Positions 1 to 8,590 are shown, counted from the first letter of the stretch. The stretch: DNA of 58,690 bases from Candidatus Acidiferrales bacterium (GCA_035517955.1 DATIYC010000066.1:1-58690); one strand, 5' to 3'. Numbers and translations are program-made. The notes: generated from the letters alone by a model not told the origin.

Positions 1-74
1 CATATCTGCCTTTTTGGATATTATTATCCACGAAAGAGTAGTTGGAGTCACAATTGTTTCAAATAGATGGTTAC

Positions 75-198
75 TGGTGCCGAGGGCGGGATTTGAATCC
101 GCGATTGGGCCTACGCGTAGTGAGTAGGCGTAGTCAACCCGGTCTTCAGCTTCACCCTTACGCGAGTCGGGTGCTCTCCCAGGCTGAGCTACCTCGGC
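75..198 (-). tRNA. tRNA-Phe(GAA), two non-canonical introns, CCA encoded
   Basis: The reverse complement reads GCCGAGG-TA-GCTC..GAGC...GCGGATTCAAATCCCGC-CCTCGGC-A-CCA with a 7-bp acceptor stem. Removing a 17-nt insert (+151-167) gives the anticodon arm CCCGG/CTGAAGA/CCGGG, with GAA at +145-147. A second insert of about 30 nt (+103-134) lies before the T arm. Confidence 0.72.
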
Positions 199-385
199 AT
201 TCCTCGGCGAAACCCGGTTCTGCTGAACTGCGTAAATTAAGTCTTTTTCCTAAACAACAATGACGAGTTGACCCAGAAGCTCTTTCACGAGTCCAGTTTA
301 TGTTTGATTGCGTTTCCGATTTCGATTGGATGATTTGTGAACGAAGGCTTTTAGGCAGAGTGCAGTGGGATGAACTCGAAAGGTT

Positions 386-493
386 GGGCCGGTAGATCAG
401 CCTGGTATGAGCATCTTGAGCTGTCTATGATGCTATCACATCGTCCGCTTGGCATGCGGGAGGTCGCGGGTTCAAATCCCGCCCGGTCCACCA
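386..493 (+). tRNA. tRNA-Ala(GGC) with a 30-nt intron in the D arm, CCA encoded
   Basis: The acceptor stem is GGGCCGG/CCGGTCC with the G3:U70 alanine identity pair. The anticodon arm is TCCGC/TTGGCAT/GCGGG (GGC at 451-453) and the T arm is GCGGG/TTCAAAT/CCCGC. The D stem GATC/GATC forms only after removing 410-439, which contains the AGCATC/GATGCT hairpin. Confidence 0.85.
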
Positions 494-926
494 CTCCCAC
501 CAAAACCAAACTCTTCCGGCCCAGCCGTGAAGATTAGTTGCAATCAATTTGGAAACGTCGCGCCCAATAGTCTGTGCGTCGCTTAAAGGACGACCGAACT
601 ACTACAGTTGTCGTAATAGTTATGACCCGTTGATTATTTAGACTACGTGTTTATTAGTAGATACCAAAATAAGCGTAGTCACCAGAATTGGACGGTACCC
701 ACGTGAAGGACATGATACTAGAAACTTCACCCGATGAACTCGACTGTGCCAACAACAATGGTGAATTGGTTATGCTTTATGATTCAGCAATCAGGGCCAT
801 GCTCTCCTTTGGAGACTCCTCGAAATACGCCAAAAGCCTCCGCCCTATTCCTATTCGTAGACGGTTAGTAACTTGTGGCAAACTGCCTAGGCTGCAAGAA
901 AGTTGACGCATCAGAAGTGACACAAT

Positions 927-1391
927 TTGCCGTCGAAAATTCAGTTAGCAGTAGTTGTTGGTAAGTTCAATTCAGAGATTACTGACAAAATGCTTGACCA
1001 AGCACTGACGCACGCCTCTAATCTCGGCGCTTCCGTCCGTTACGTATGCAAAGTTCCAGGCGCATACGACATGCCTCTAATCATTCAAACCCTACTCGAG
1101 AAAGATGACGTTGACGCCGTCGTGACGCTAGGGGCAATCATCAAAGGGGAAACTAAGCACGATGAAGTGATCGCTTACACTCTCAGCAGCAAAATGGCCG
1201 ACCTTTCGCTTCGATACATGAAACCGGTTACGTTAGGCGTCGCAGGGCCAGGAGTCACTTGGGAACTAGCGGAAGCGAGGATAGTGGATTATGCGGAACG
1301 CAGTGTCTCAGCGGCCATAGATAGCGTACTCCTGCAAAGACGGCTCAAAGAGGAAACGAATGTGTCGAATCATCCATTGGTGGTTGAATGA
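927..1391 (+). CDS. ribH: 6,7-dimethyl-8-ribityllumazine synthase
   Basis: 154 aa. It has the lumazine synthase pattern (VVVGKFNSEIT..., VPGAYDMP, VVTLGAIIKGETKHDE). It uses a TTG start and its stop abuts the next ORF. Confidence 0.9.
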   Translation: MPSKIQLAVVVGKFNSEITDKMLDQALTHASNLGASVRYVCKVPGAYDMPLIIQTLLEKDDVDAVVTLGAIIKGETKHDEVIAYTLSSKMADLSLRYMKPVTLGVAGPGVTWELAEARIVDYAERSVSAAIDSVLLQRRLKEETNVSNHPLVVE

Positions 1392-2156
1392 TTGTCCGAC
1401 TTAGAGGTTCAGGTTACACTCATCCAACTCGATAACTATGGCCCCTGGACGGGGACCTTGGGAAACGATAGGGAGCACGTGCTCCAGATACTCCAAGCAA
1501 ACATATATTCCTCGATCCAACGCGCTTTCGCGGATTTAGGTGGCCTAGTTTTCTTCAACAGATTCGATGAGATGCTGGCCATAACAAACGGGATCACACT
1601 AGCTCAACATGAAGATATCAAGCGAGAAATACAGCACCAGTTTCCAGTAACTTTGAGCATGGCCATAGGCGTAGGGCATACTCCCTTCCAAGCTCAACAA
1701 AACGCTTCCAAGCTTCTGCAACGAATGGGAGGCGCACAGTCTCCAACAAGACGAAGTGTCACAGCATATGAAAGAACATTGCGTCTCGACCACTCGCACG
1801 TACAGATTATGCATTTCGATATAGATGAAGTAACGAATACGTTTACCGACCACACATCCGCATACGAGACTTCCCTTCATGTTATGACGCTGTATACGGA
1901 ACTTATGAAATTGTTCAGAGAACATCAAGCATTGATGTTCTTTTTGGGAGGAGATAATTTCATGGGTGTAGCAAACGGATTAAGCACGAAAGAAGTCAAC
2001 TCTGTAATCGAAGAATACCGCGGAAAGAACATCAGGCTCAAATGTGGAATCGGAATCGCCCAAACAGCAAGAAAAGCAGCAGAGCTTGCCGCAGAGAACT
2101 TAGACAACATCCGAAGAAACGGGGACCAATCGATTCTGTCAACTACGAAACTGTGA
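1392..2156 (+). CDS. arfA: GTP cyclohydrolase III (archaeal, formamidopyrimidine-forming)
   Basis: 254 aa. The N-terminus VTLIQLDNYGPWT...GLVFFNRFDEMLAITNG...TLSMAIGVG matches the MJ0145-type GCH III family. The start follows directly after the ribH stop. Confidence 0.88.
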   Translation: MSDLEVQVTLIQLDNYGPWTGTLGNDREHVLQILQANIYSSIQRAFADLGGLVFFNRFDEMLAITNGITLAQHEDIKREIQHQFPVTLSMAIGVGHTPFQAQQNASKLLQRMGGAQSPTRRSVTAYERTLRLDHSHVQIMHFDIDEVTNTFTDHTSAYETSLHVMTLYTELMKLFREHQALMFFLGGDNFMGVANGLSTKEVNSVIEEYRGKNIRLKCGIGIAQTARKAAELAAENLDNIRRNGDQSILSTTKL

Positions 2157-2164
2157 AGCCCTGA

Positions 2165-3400
2165 ATGTCGACCTCGATACAAAACCTCACCTTGCTCTCG
2201 GGCGGGGACTTTCAGATTATCCGAGACGGGTTCATCAGCATTGAAGATGGGAAGATTACAGAGTTTGGACAAGGGGTTCCGTCTCGCGACAAGCCTGTTG
2301 TTCTTGATGGAACCGGACTCGTGGCTATTCCAGGTTTGATAAACGCGCATGTTCACTTAGCCGATTCGATCGCGAAAGACATAGGAATTGGTTCGAGCCT
2401 CGACACCTTGGTCCATCCCATTCACGGCCTCAAGACAAAGGTTCTTCGAGAGGCGAGGATAGACGACATTTGTCAAGGAATGGCTCAGGCATCATGCACA
2501 ATGATCGCCTCAGGAATAACGACCTTCGCAGATTTTCGAGAAGGAGGGTTAGCCGGGGTCGAATTGGAGATAAAAGCGCTGAGCAAAAGTCGGCAGCGGC
2601 GCGTCATCCTTGGCCGACCCAATTATTACTTTGATCGAGACGAAGTAACCAATGAATCAAAACTATTTGCATCAAAAACAGTTGATGAATTACGCGAAAC
2701 CATCGACCTAGCTGACGGAGTGGGAGTCAGTGGCGCAAACGAATACACCACAAGCGCACTGAAACAGATCTCCGACCTATGCAAAAGAAGCGGCAAGCTT
2801 CTAGCAATTCACGTAGCCGAAAGCCCTGAGGCAACACAATTCTCAATCGAAAAATTCTCAACATCCGAAGTACACAGAGCAATGAACTTCCTCGAACCAG
2901 ACTTTGTGGTCCACCTTACCAATCCTAGTAAAGATGACCTAGACGAACTTTCCAAGAACCCGATTCCGGTCGTTTGTTGTCCAAGAGCTAATGCAATTCT
3001 TGGGTTAGGCACCCCTCCGCTCAAAGAGCTCCTCGAAAATGGTATCACTGTTGCGTTGGGCACGGACAATGTTATGTTGAATGCACCAGACATGTTTAGG
3101 GAAATGGACTACGCGTCTCGAGTCCTGAGGGCAGTGCATCGAGATGCTGGAGTGACGAGTTCAAAGGAAATTCTCAAGATGGCTACTTTGAACGGTGCGC
3201 AAGCACTTCGACTGGCCTCCAAGGTTGGCTCGATAGAGCAAGGGAAAGCGGCTGACATAGTGTTCCTTGACTTCCGATCCTCGAACTTAGCTTATTCCAA
3301 AGACACGATCGGATCAATCGTTCACAGAGCGAGCCGCGAGGATGTTAGGTGTGTGATGGTCGAGGGGGAGGTTGTGCACGGAAGCATTCCACGAGCGTAG
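2165..3400 (+). CDS. Metal-dependent amidohydrolase, COG0402 (guanine/cytosine/MTA-deaminase-like); substrate unassigned
   Basis: 411 aa. It carries HxH (NAHVHLAD), HxxE (AIHVAES), His (VVHLT) and Asp (LGTDN) deaminase-type motifs. It is embedded between arfA and arfC. Confidence 0.85.
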   Translation: MSTSIQNLTLLSGGDFQIIRDGFISIEDGKITEFGQGVPSRDKPVVLDGTGLVAIPGLINAHVHLADSIAKDIGIGSSLDTLVHPIHGLKTKVLREARIDDICQGMAQASCTMIASGITTFADFREGGLAGVELEIKALSKSRQRRVILGRPNYYFDRDEVTNESKLFASKTVDELRETIDLADGVGVSGANEYTTSALKQISDLCKRSGKLLAIHVAESPEATQFSIEKFSTSEVHRAMNFLEPDFVVHLTNPSKDDLDELSKNPIPVVCCPRANAILGLGTPPLKELLENGITVALGTDNVMLNAPDMFREMDYASRVLRAVHRDAGVTSSKEILKMATLNGAQALRLASKVGSIEQGKAADIVFLDFRSSNLAYSKDTIGSIVHRASREDVRCVMVEGEVVHGSIPRA

Positions 3401-4055
3401 GCATTCTCAGAGGCCGTATGTCATGATGAGCACAGCTATGACGCTAGATGGCAAAATAGGCACAGAATCAGGCGACTCCAGAATATCATCTCCCGCCGAC
3501 CTGAAACAGTTGCACGAGCTGCGATCTCATGTAGATGCTGTTATGATCGGAAGCGGTACGCTACTCAGCGATAACCCCCTCCTAACCGTCAGACGCGTTA
3601 AGGGCAGAAACCCGATAAGAATCATCGTCGATAGCACTGCCAAGACTCCGTCAAACTCCAAAGTCCTAACCGCTCAAGGAACAACAATCATCGCCGTATC
3701 GAACAAAGCTCCCAAACGACGAGTGAAAAAACTTCAGATGGCCGGCGCAAAGATAGTTCATTGCGGAACGAACCATGTCAACCTCAAAGCATTGATGTCA
3801 AGGCTACTCAGGATGGGAATTCGGACCGTTCTCCTGGAAGGCGGGGGAGGGCTGAATTGGCATATGCTAACAAACAACCTTGTCGATGAGTTGCGAATCA
3901 CCATCGCACCATTGCTGATTGGCGGAGAAGGCGCAAAGACATTGGTAGAGGGCACAGGAGTAGAAAAAATGAGCCAAGCGATCAAACTCACACTCAAGAG
4001 CACAACTCGAATCGAAAATGAATTGGTTCTAAGCTACAAGGTGAATGGATTGTGA
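3372..4055 (+). CDS. arfC: 2,5-diamino-6-ribosylamino-4(3H)-pyrimidinone 5'-phosphate reductase (RibD C-terminal domain only)
   Basis: 227 aa with RPYVMMSTAMTLDGKI..., NPIRIIVDS and LLEGGGGLN motifs. The TTG start at 3372 is the only canonical start that keeps the conserved PY motif. It overlaps the upstream ORF by 29 nt. Confidence 0.85.
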   Translation: MCTEAFHERRHSQRPYVMMSTAMTLDGKIGTESGDSRISSPADLKQLHELRSHVDAVMIGSGTLLSDNPLLTVRRVKGRNPIRIIVDSTAKTPSNSKVLTAQGTTIIAVSNKAPKRRVKKLQMAGAKIVHCGTNHVNLKALMSRLLRMGIRTVLLEGGGGLNWHMLTNNLVDELRITIAPLLIGGEGAKTLVEGTGVEKMSQAIKLTLKSTTRIENELVLSYKVNGL

Positions 4056-4789
4056 CTACTTGGACGGAACTAGAGGAATCTGTCAAAACCGGGAGAGTGA
4101 GCAAAGCCATACTTCCTATTGGAAGCTACGAGCAACACGGCCCCCATCTTCCCCTCTCCACGGACACCATGATAGCCGAATATGTCGCCAACAAGGTTTC
4201 CGAAAAGTGCGAAGCCTCATTCCTTCTTCCCAGCATACAGGTAGGCTGTTCAAGTGAGCACCTCGGTTTCGCAGGAACAATCTCCCTAACGCAAAAAACG
4301 ATGGCAGGTCTAATCGTCGACATTGCCCATAGTCTGACGCTCACAGGGTTCAGACGGCTCTTCATAATCAACGGCCACGGAGGAAACAAGGCCACAATAG
4401 ATTCCACGCTCATAGAAGTCAAACAACTCGTACCAGACTTGTCCATTTACTCATTCACAATCCTCGACATTGTGAAGCAAAAGTTCGACCACATAAGAAA
4501 ATCAGAACGAGGAGTTGTAGGTCACGCGGATGAAATTGAAACATCCATGATGCTTACCATTGCCCCAGACTGTGTGAACATGTCCCGCGCCGTATGCGAA
4601 AAATCATTGTTGCCCGAAAAGCTCTCTTTTGAGTCGAATAATATGACTAGAATTTCATTTGCTTGGAAAGCAAGCGAGGTTACAAAGTCAGGAGTGATCG
4701 GTGACCCCGCATCGGCAACAGCAGAGACAGGCACAATCCTACTCGATTTCGCGATTCAAGTAATCTCAGATATAATAAACGAATTATGA
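4052..4789 (+). CDS. arfB: Creatininase-fold formamide hydrolase (2-amino-5-formylamino-6-ribosylaminopyrimidinone 5'-P deformylase)
   Basis: 245 aa with LPIGSYEQHGPHLPL..D and INGHGGN creatininase family motifs. The GTG start overlaps the arfC stop by 4 nt. Confidence 0.82.
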   Translation: MTTWTELEESVKTGRVSKAILPIGSYEQHGPHLPLSTDTMIAEYVANKVSEKCEASFLLPSIQVGCSSEHLGFAGTISLTQKTMAGLIVDIAHSLTLTGFRRLFIINGHGGNKATIDSTLIEVKQLVPDLSIYSFTILDIVKQKFDHIRKSERGVVGHADEIETSMMLTIAPDCVNMSRAVCEKSLLPEKLSFESNNMTRISFAWKASEVTKSGVIGDPASATAETGTILLDFAIQVISDIINEL

Positions 4790-4801
4790 GGTTATCGGCA
4801 A

Positions 4802-5443
4802 ATGTTTTCCGGAATTGTGGAACAACTGGCGCCTGTGATTTCCATTGAGAAATCACCTGGCCAAAGCGTCTCGATCAAAGTAGATCTTGGCCGTTTGGCT
4901 GACGAGACGCGTCGTGGAGACAGCGTGTGCATCAACGGAGTTTGTCTAACGGCTACGAATAAACAAGGAAGCGTAGTGTCATTTGACGCCATCGAAGAAA
5001 CATTACGCGTTACAAACCTTGGAACCCTTGTCGCGGGCAGTAAAGTGAACGTCGAACGAAGTCTCCGCCTAAACGACAGAGTCGCGGGACACTTTGTTAC
5101 AGGTCACATCGACAAAACTGGGACGATCTTTAGAGTGGAGAAGGAACAGGACGGGTCACTGAAGATGTTCATCAAAACGGAGCAGGACGTAATGATGCTG
5201 ATGACTCGAAAGGGCTCGGTTGCCGTGGATGGTATCAGCCTCACTGTCGTAGACGTTACCAAAGATGCGTTTTCGGTTTGCCTGATACCCACAACACTAT
5301 CGCTAACAACGCTAGGTTACAAGAGAGAAGGGGACATAGTCAATATCGAGGCAGATATGATAGGCAAGTACGTCATGCGCTACCTAAACGAGATTAGCCC
5401 ACGTGACCCTTCACGACAAAATCAATTGGTTTCAGCATCATAA
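4802..5443 (+). CDS. ribE: Riboflavin synthase, bacterial/eukaryotic alpha-chain type
   Basis: 213 aa. It starts MFSGIVE and has duplicated lumazine-binding halves (GDSVCINGVCLT / GSVAVDGISLTV), plus NVERS and GHFVTGHID. Confidence 0.9.
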   Translation: MFSGIVEQLAPVISIEKSPGQSVSIKVDLGRLADETRRGDSVCINGVCLTATNKQGSVVSFDAIEETLRVTNLGTLVAGSKVNVERSLRLNDRVAGHFVTGHIDKTGTIFRVEKEQDGSLKMFIKTEQDVMMLMTRKGSVAVDGISLTVVDVTKDAFSVCLIPTTLSLTTLGYKREGDIVNIEADMIGKYVMRYLNEISPRDPSRQNQLVSAS

Positions 5444-5455
5444 AAAAAACCAAAG

Positions 5456-6040
5456 TTGACAATTTTGACTGACGAAATAAGGCAAGTAATAGTTGCTATG
5501 TCAGGAGCAAGTGGATCAATCTACGGAGTACGGCTGATTAAAGCCCTCAAGAACGCCAACGTAACCGTACACCTCACCATATCACCCTCAGCGGAAATCA
5601 ACCTTGAACTTGAGACAGGATTAACAGCGAAAAAACTCTCAAAACTTGTCGACCACATGTACCCGGCAAACGATATGACCGCTCCCATCTCGAGCGGTTC
5701 CTTCTCCGTCCATGGAATGGTGATCGCCCCTTGTAGCATGAAAACACTAGCCGCGATCGCGAATGGTTACTCTGACAGCCTGACTACTCGTGCGGCTGAC
5801 GTGACGCTGAAGGAAGAACGAACTCTAGTTCTCGTTCCTAGAGAAACGCCGCTGAACCAGATTCACCTTAGAAACATGTTAACGGCCGCTCAGGCTGGTG
5901 CCATAATACTTCCCGCGAGCCCTGGCTTCTATCACTCACCCAAGACCATCGACGAACTCATCGACCACATAGTCGGCAAGATCATGGACATCTTACACAT
6001 CGAGCATAACCTCTACCGACGCTGGTCAGGGTTACCATAG
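5456..6040 (+). CDS. ubiX: Flavin prenyltransferase UbiX
   Basis: 194 aa with VAMSGASGSIYG, IAPCSMKTLAAIANGYSDSL..RAADV.LKE and LVPRETPL motifs. Confidence 0.9.
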   Translation: MTILTDEIRQVIVAMSGASGSIYGVRLIKALKNANVTVHLTISPSAEINLELETGLTAKKLSKLVDHMYPANDMTAPISSGSFSVHGMVIAPCSMKTLAAIANGYSDSLTTRAADVTLKEERTLVLVPRETPLNQIHLRNMLTAAQAGAIILPASPGFYHSPKTIDELIDHIVGKIMDILHIEHNLYRRWSGLP

Positions 6041-6168
6041 ACCCGGTTCATGGATTCCCAACATCGAACAACCGCTCACCACATTCAGTCTGAATCAAGT
6101 TAGTCGGCAGTTTTAAAGCGACAACCAAACGTAAATCGAACAATCTAACGTACGCGTTGTGTTGAAAA

Positions 6169-6975
6169 TTGCTCGCCGAAGACGGCATCGAAAAACAGCT
6201 ACTAGAGAATCTGGGCCTTACCCCGGGCGAATCTGGCATTTACATGAAACTTCTCCTTCAGCCTGAGGGCGAAATGGTCGACAAAGTAGTCACAGCGCTC
6301 GGAATCCCAAACGTTACTGCCGAGGCTGCACTAAGATCACTCACTGATAAGGGGCTAGTAAAAATTTCCAGCAACCGCGTAGAAGTCGTCCAACCAAGAA
6401 CAGCCATCCAGAGAATTCTGGACGACAGGAAAAGAACAATGGAAAATCAAATGTCTCAAGAATCCTCAATCGCGTTGCAGCTTGAGAAAGCGCTGGAACC
6501 GATTTACTGGGAGAAAAGGCTGGGCATTAGACCTGAGGAAGTCATCGAGCCCTTACGTGACTTGCCAGACATGGAATTGAGAACAGCCCGCATACTCGGA
6601 ACAGCATCTAAGGAAGTGTTCGTTTTCGCCGAAACGTTTGGGTGGTATGACCGGGTACGGGAATCCATCTTCCAAGCACACGACAGGCACGTCAACATGA
6701 GTATTCTAATGATGGTGAAAGATGATTACACAAAATCCCGGGCTAAGGAACTTCGAACACTCGGGATAAACGTGCGTCACTGCGCAGAGGAGTGGTACCC
6801 TGTTAGAGGAACTCTCGTCGACGACCAAGAATTGGTTTTCGTCATTTGGGCGACGAAGAAGAGCGCGGTCCCGCGTCCAACCTACTTCCGCCCAAATTAC
6901 ACAAGGAATCAAGGATTAATCAGAATCTTCCGAGACGCTTTCCTCAAGAGATGGGAAGAAGCTCAGGATATCTGA
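6169..6975 (+). CDS. TrmB-like transcriptional regulator (paralogue of 11001-11822)
   Basis: 268 aa. It has an N-terminal HTH-like segment. The C-terminal block WYPVRGTLVDDQELVFVIWA...NQGLIRIFRDAFLKRW is shared with the TrmB-like ORF at 11001-11822. Confidence 0.6.
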   Translation: MLAEDGIEKQLLENLGLTPGESGIYMKLLLQPEGEMVDKVVTALGIPNVTAEAALRSLTDKGLVKISSNRVEVVQPRTAIQRILDDRKRTMENQMSQESSIALQLEKALEPIYWEKRLGIRPEEVIEPLRDLPDMELRTARILGTASKEVFVFAETFGWYDRVRESIFQAHDRHVNMSILMMVKDDYTKSRAKELRTLGINVRHCAEEWYPVRGTLVDDQELVFVIWATKKSAVPRPTYFRPNYTRNQGLIRIFRDAFLKRWEEAQDI

Positions 6976-7468
6976 TCACGCCTACACGACGAACAAATGG
7001 AGTGCCAAATTTCGCATAAAGTCCCCTTAGTTCAACCAACACTTGCTCAAGACTGAGTGAACTTGGTGGGCGAAGTAGATGACTGAAGCAATCGCAGTCG
7101 CTAGAGCCAAAATTCGAAATAGCAGGCACTGCAGGAATGGATCTAATTATTAGCTCGTTCATTTTGCACTCGAACCGTCTTGAAGAGATGACGTACGCCA
7201 CTCCCCCCACCTTACAGTACTTCGATGATGTGAGATAGTCTATGTGCCACCTCAGCGTTTTTGAGCGACGCGCGTGTCGGCTTATTCTCCCTTCTAACGA
7301 GACCGCTCCCTTGCCTAACGCAGAGCCAGTGTATAGATAGTGGCCGTCTGACAGTCTGAAGCAGCCCAACTTACCAACTCTTACGGAGACTGCTCGCCCA
7401 AAACCGAGAAGAATAGTATACGTTCCCTTCACCGTTGACTTCCCCGAAGCACAAATAGTGCAAAACAC
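6944..7468 (-). CDS. DUF123 / GIY-YIG-superfamily (Uri-like) protein
   Basis: 174 aa with GTYTILL...GHYLYTGSA...RISRH...WHIDYL...FGSSDCDC.SHL, the pattern typical of DUF123. Confidence 0.7.
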   Translation of the reverse strand: MFCTICASGKSTVKGTYTILLGFGRAVSVRVGKLGCFRLSDGHYLYTGSALGKGAVSLEGRISRHARRSKTLRWHIDYLTSSKYCKVGGVAYVISSRRFECKMNELIIRSIPAVPAISNFGSSDCDCFSHLLRPPSSLSLEQVLVELRGLYAKFGTPFVRRVGVIRYPELLPIS

Positions 7469-7492
7469 TTCCCTGATAGGCGGGTGGCGGAT

Positions 7493-8590
7493 ATGAAAGC
7501 GATTGTTCTCGCTGGAGGTTACGCGACTCGGTTAAGGCCGATAAGTTACGCTTTACCGAAACTGCTCTTTCCGGTCCTCGGCAAACCCATGATCTACAGA
7601 ACACTAGACCTTCTCCAGAAGGTTGGCGTGGATGAAGTCACGCTTGCTGTAAATTACATGGCTGAAAAGCTACGGGCCGAGGTGGGGTCGATCTATAACG
7701 GAGTGATCGTCAACTATTCACTGGAAACTGAGCCACTTGGAACCGCTGGTCCGATAAAATTAGCATCAGAAAACACCCATCTTGATGAGACGTTTTTAGC
7801 TTTGAACGGCGACGTTATCGCTCAAATCGATTTGAAAGAAATGCTTACTCAACATAAGAAAGCTGGAGCTCAGATAACGGATGCGCTTCATGAAGTGAAG
7901 AATCCTGGAAGGTTCGGTGCGGTTGAACTCGATGCTAAGAATCGGATCCAACGCTTCGTCGAGAAACCGGCAAAGAAGCAAGCACCAAGTCGACTAATCA
8001 ACGCTGGAATTTACGTAGTTGAACCAGAAGTCTTACAAATGATCCCCGACGGTCGTAAAGTCTCCTTAGAGAGGGAAATATTTCCATCTATCGCGACACA
8101 TGGTAAACTTCTTGGGTTTCCGTTTTCAGGTGAATGGTTCGATATTGGGGACTTAAAGGACTATCGAAAGGCGAACTTAGCATTACTAAGGGAAGCTCAG
8201 GCGGAATCGAAACTACCTACTGAGACCACGAACTTGGCAATAGAATACTCTGTCAAGAAGCCGATTTTCCTCGGTAACAACGCGAAGATAGGAAAAGATG
8301 CAGTTCTAGGCCCAGAAGTTATGGTAGGACAAAATGACACCATTCAGGAAGGAGCACGCGTCTCAAATTCAATACTGTTCGACCGAGTAACCGTAGGAGA
8401 AAATGCGGTCATCGCAGGAAGCATCATCGCGTCCAATGTAATCATAGGCAAGGAAGTCAGAATCGATAAGGGATGCGTCATTAGCCCTAATGTAAGAATT
8501 CATGACGGAATCAAAATTGGCCGAGGAACAATAATACATCCTTACAAAGAAATTGAACAAAACACTAAACCGGATTCTCATGTGATGTGA
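7493..8590 (+). CDS. Sugar-1-phosphate nucleotidylyltransferase with C-terminal left-handed beta-helix
   Basis: MKAIVLAGGYATRLRP...PK motif, with hexapeptide-repeat-like C-terminal region. The track ORF begins at GTG 7484, but ATG 7493 is more likely. Confidence 0.85.
   Translation: MKAIVLAGGYATRLRPISYALPKLLFPVLGKPMIYRTLDLLQKVGVDEVTLAVNYMAEKLRAEVGSIYNGVIVNYSLETEPLGTAGPIKLASENTHLDETFLALNGDVIAQIDLKEMLTQHKKAGAQITDALHEVKNPGRFGAVELDAKNRIQRFVEKPAKKQAPSRLINAGIYVVEPEVLQMIPDGRKVSLEREIFPSIATHGKLLGFPFSGEWFDIGDLKDYRKANLALLREAQAESKLPTETTNLAIEYSVKKPIFLGNNAKIGKDAVLGPEVMVGQNDTIQEGARVSNSILFDRVTVGENAVIAGSIIASNVIIGKEVRIDKGCVISPNVRIHDGIKIGRGTIIHPYKEIEQNTKPDSHVM

Noticed and set aside
75-198. Alternative reading of this tRNA as tRNA-Ala(CGC) with a canonical 37/38 intron
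   Set aside because: The acceptor stem has C3:G70 instead of the G3:U70 alanine determinant. No TCGGG 3' strand exists to close a CCCGA stem. The Phe(GAA) solution with an intron at 30/31 gives a perfect 5-bp stem and a CTGAAGA loop.
42-263. 73-aa + strand ORF from the track
   Set aside because: It is almost entirely antisense to the intron-containing tRNA at 75-198. The Arg/Leu/Ser-rich composition is typical of a spurious frame over a structured RNA gene.
494-926. Possible FMN riboswitch, small RNA or the 72-aa ORF (688-906) upstream of ribH
   Set aside because: I could not find conserved FMN-element helices or convincing C/D-box pairs. The ORF has a TTG start and no recognisable motifs. 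The region remains unexplained, but I cannot support a call.
7468-7493. Very short (16-25 nt) spacer between the divergent DUF123 and nucleotidyltransferase starts as a special bidirectional element
   Set aside because: This is probably explained by uncertainty in the start codons or by leaderless transcripts with promoters inside the neighbouring gene. No distinctive sequence feature is seen.
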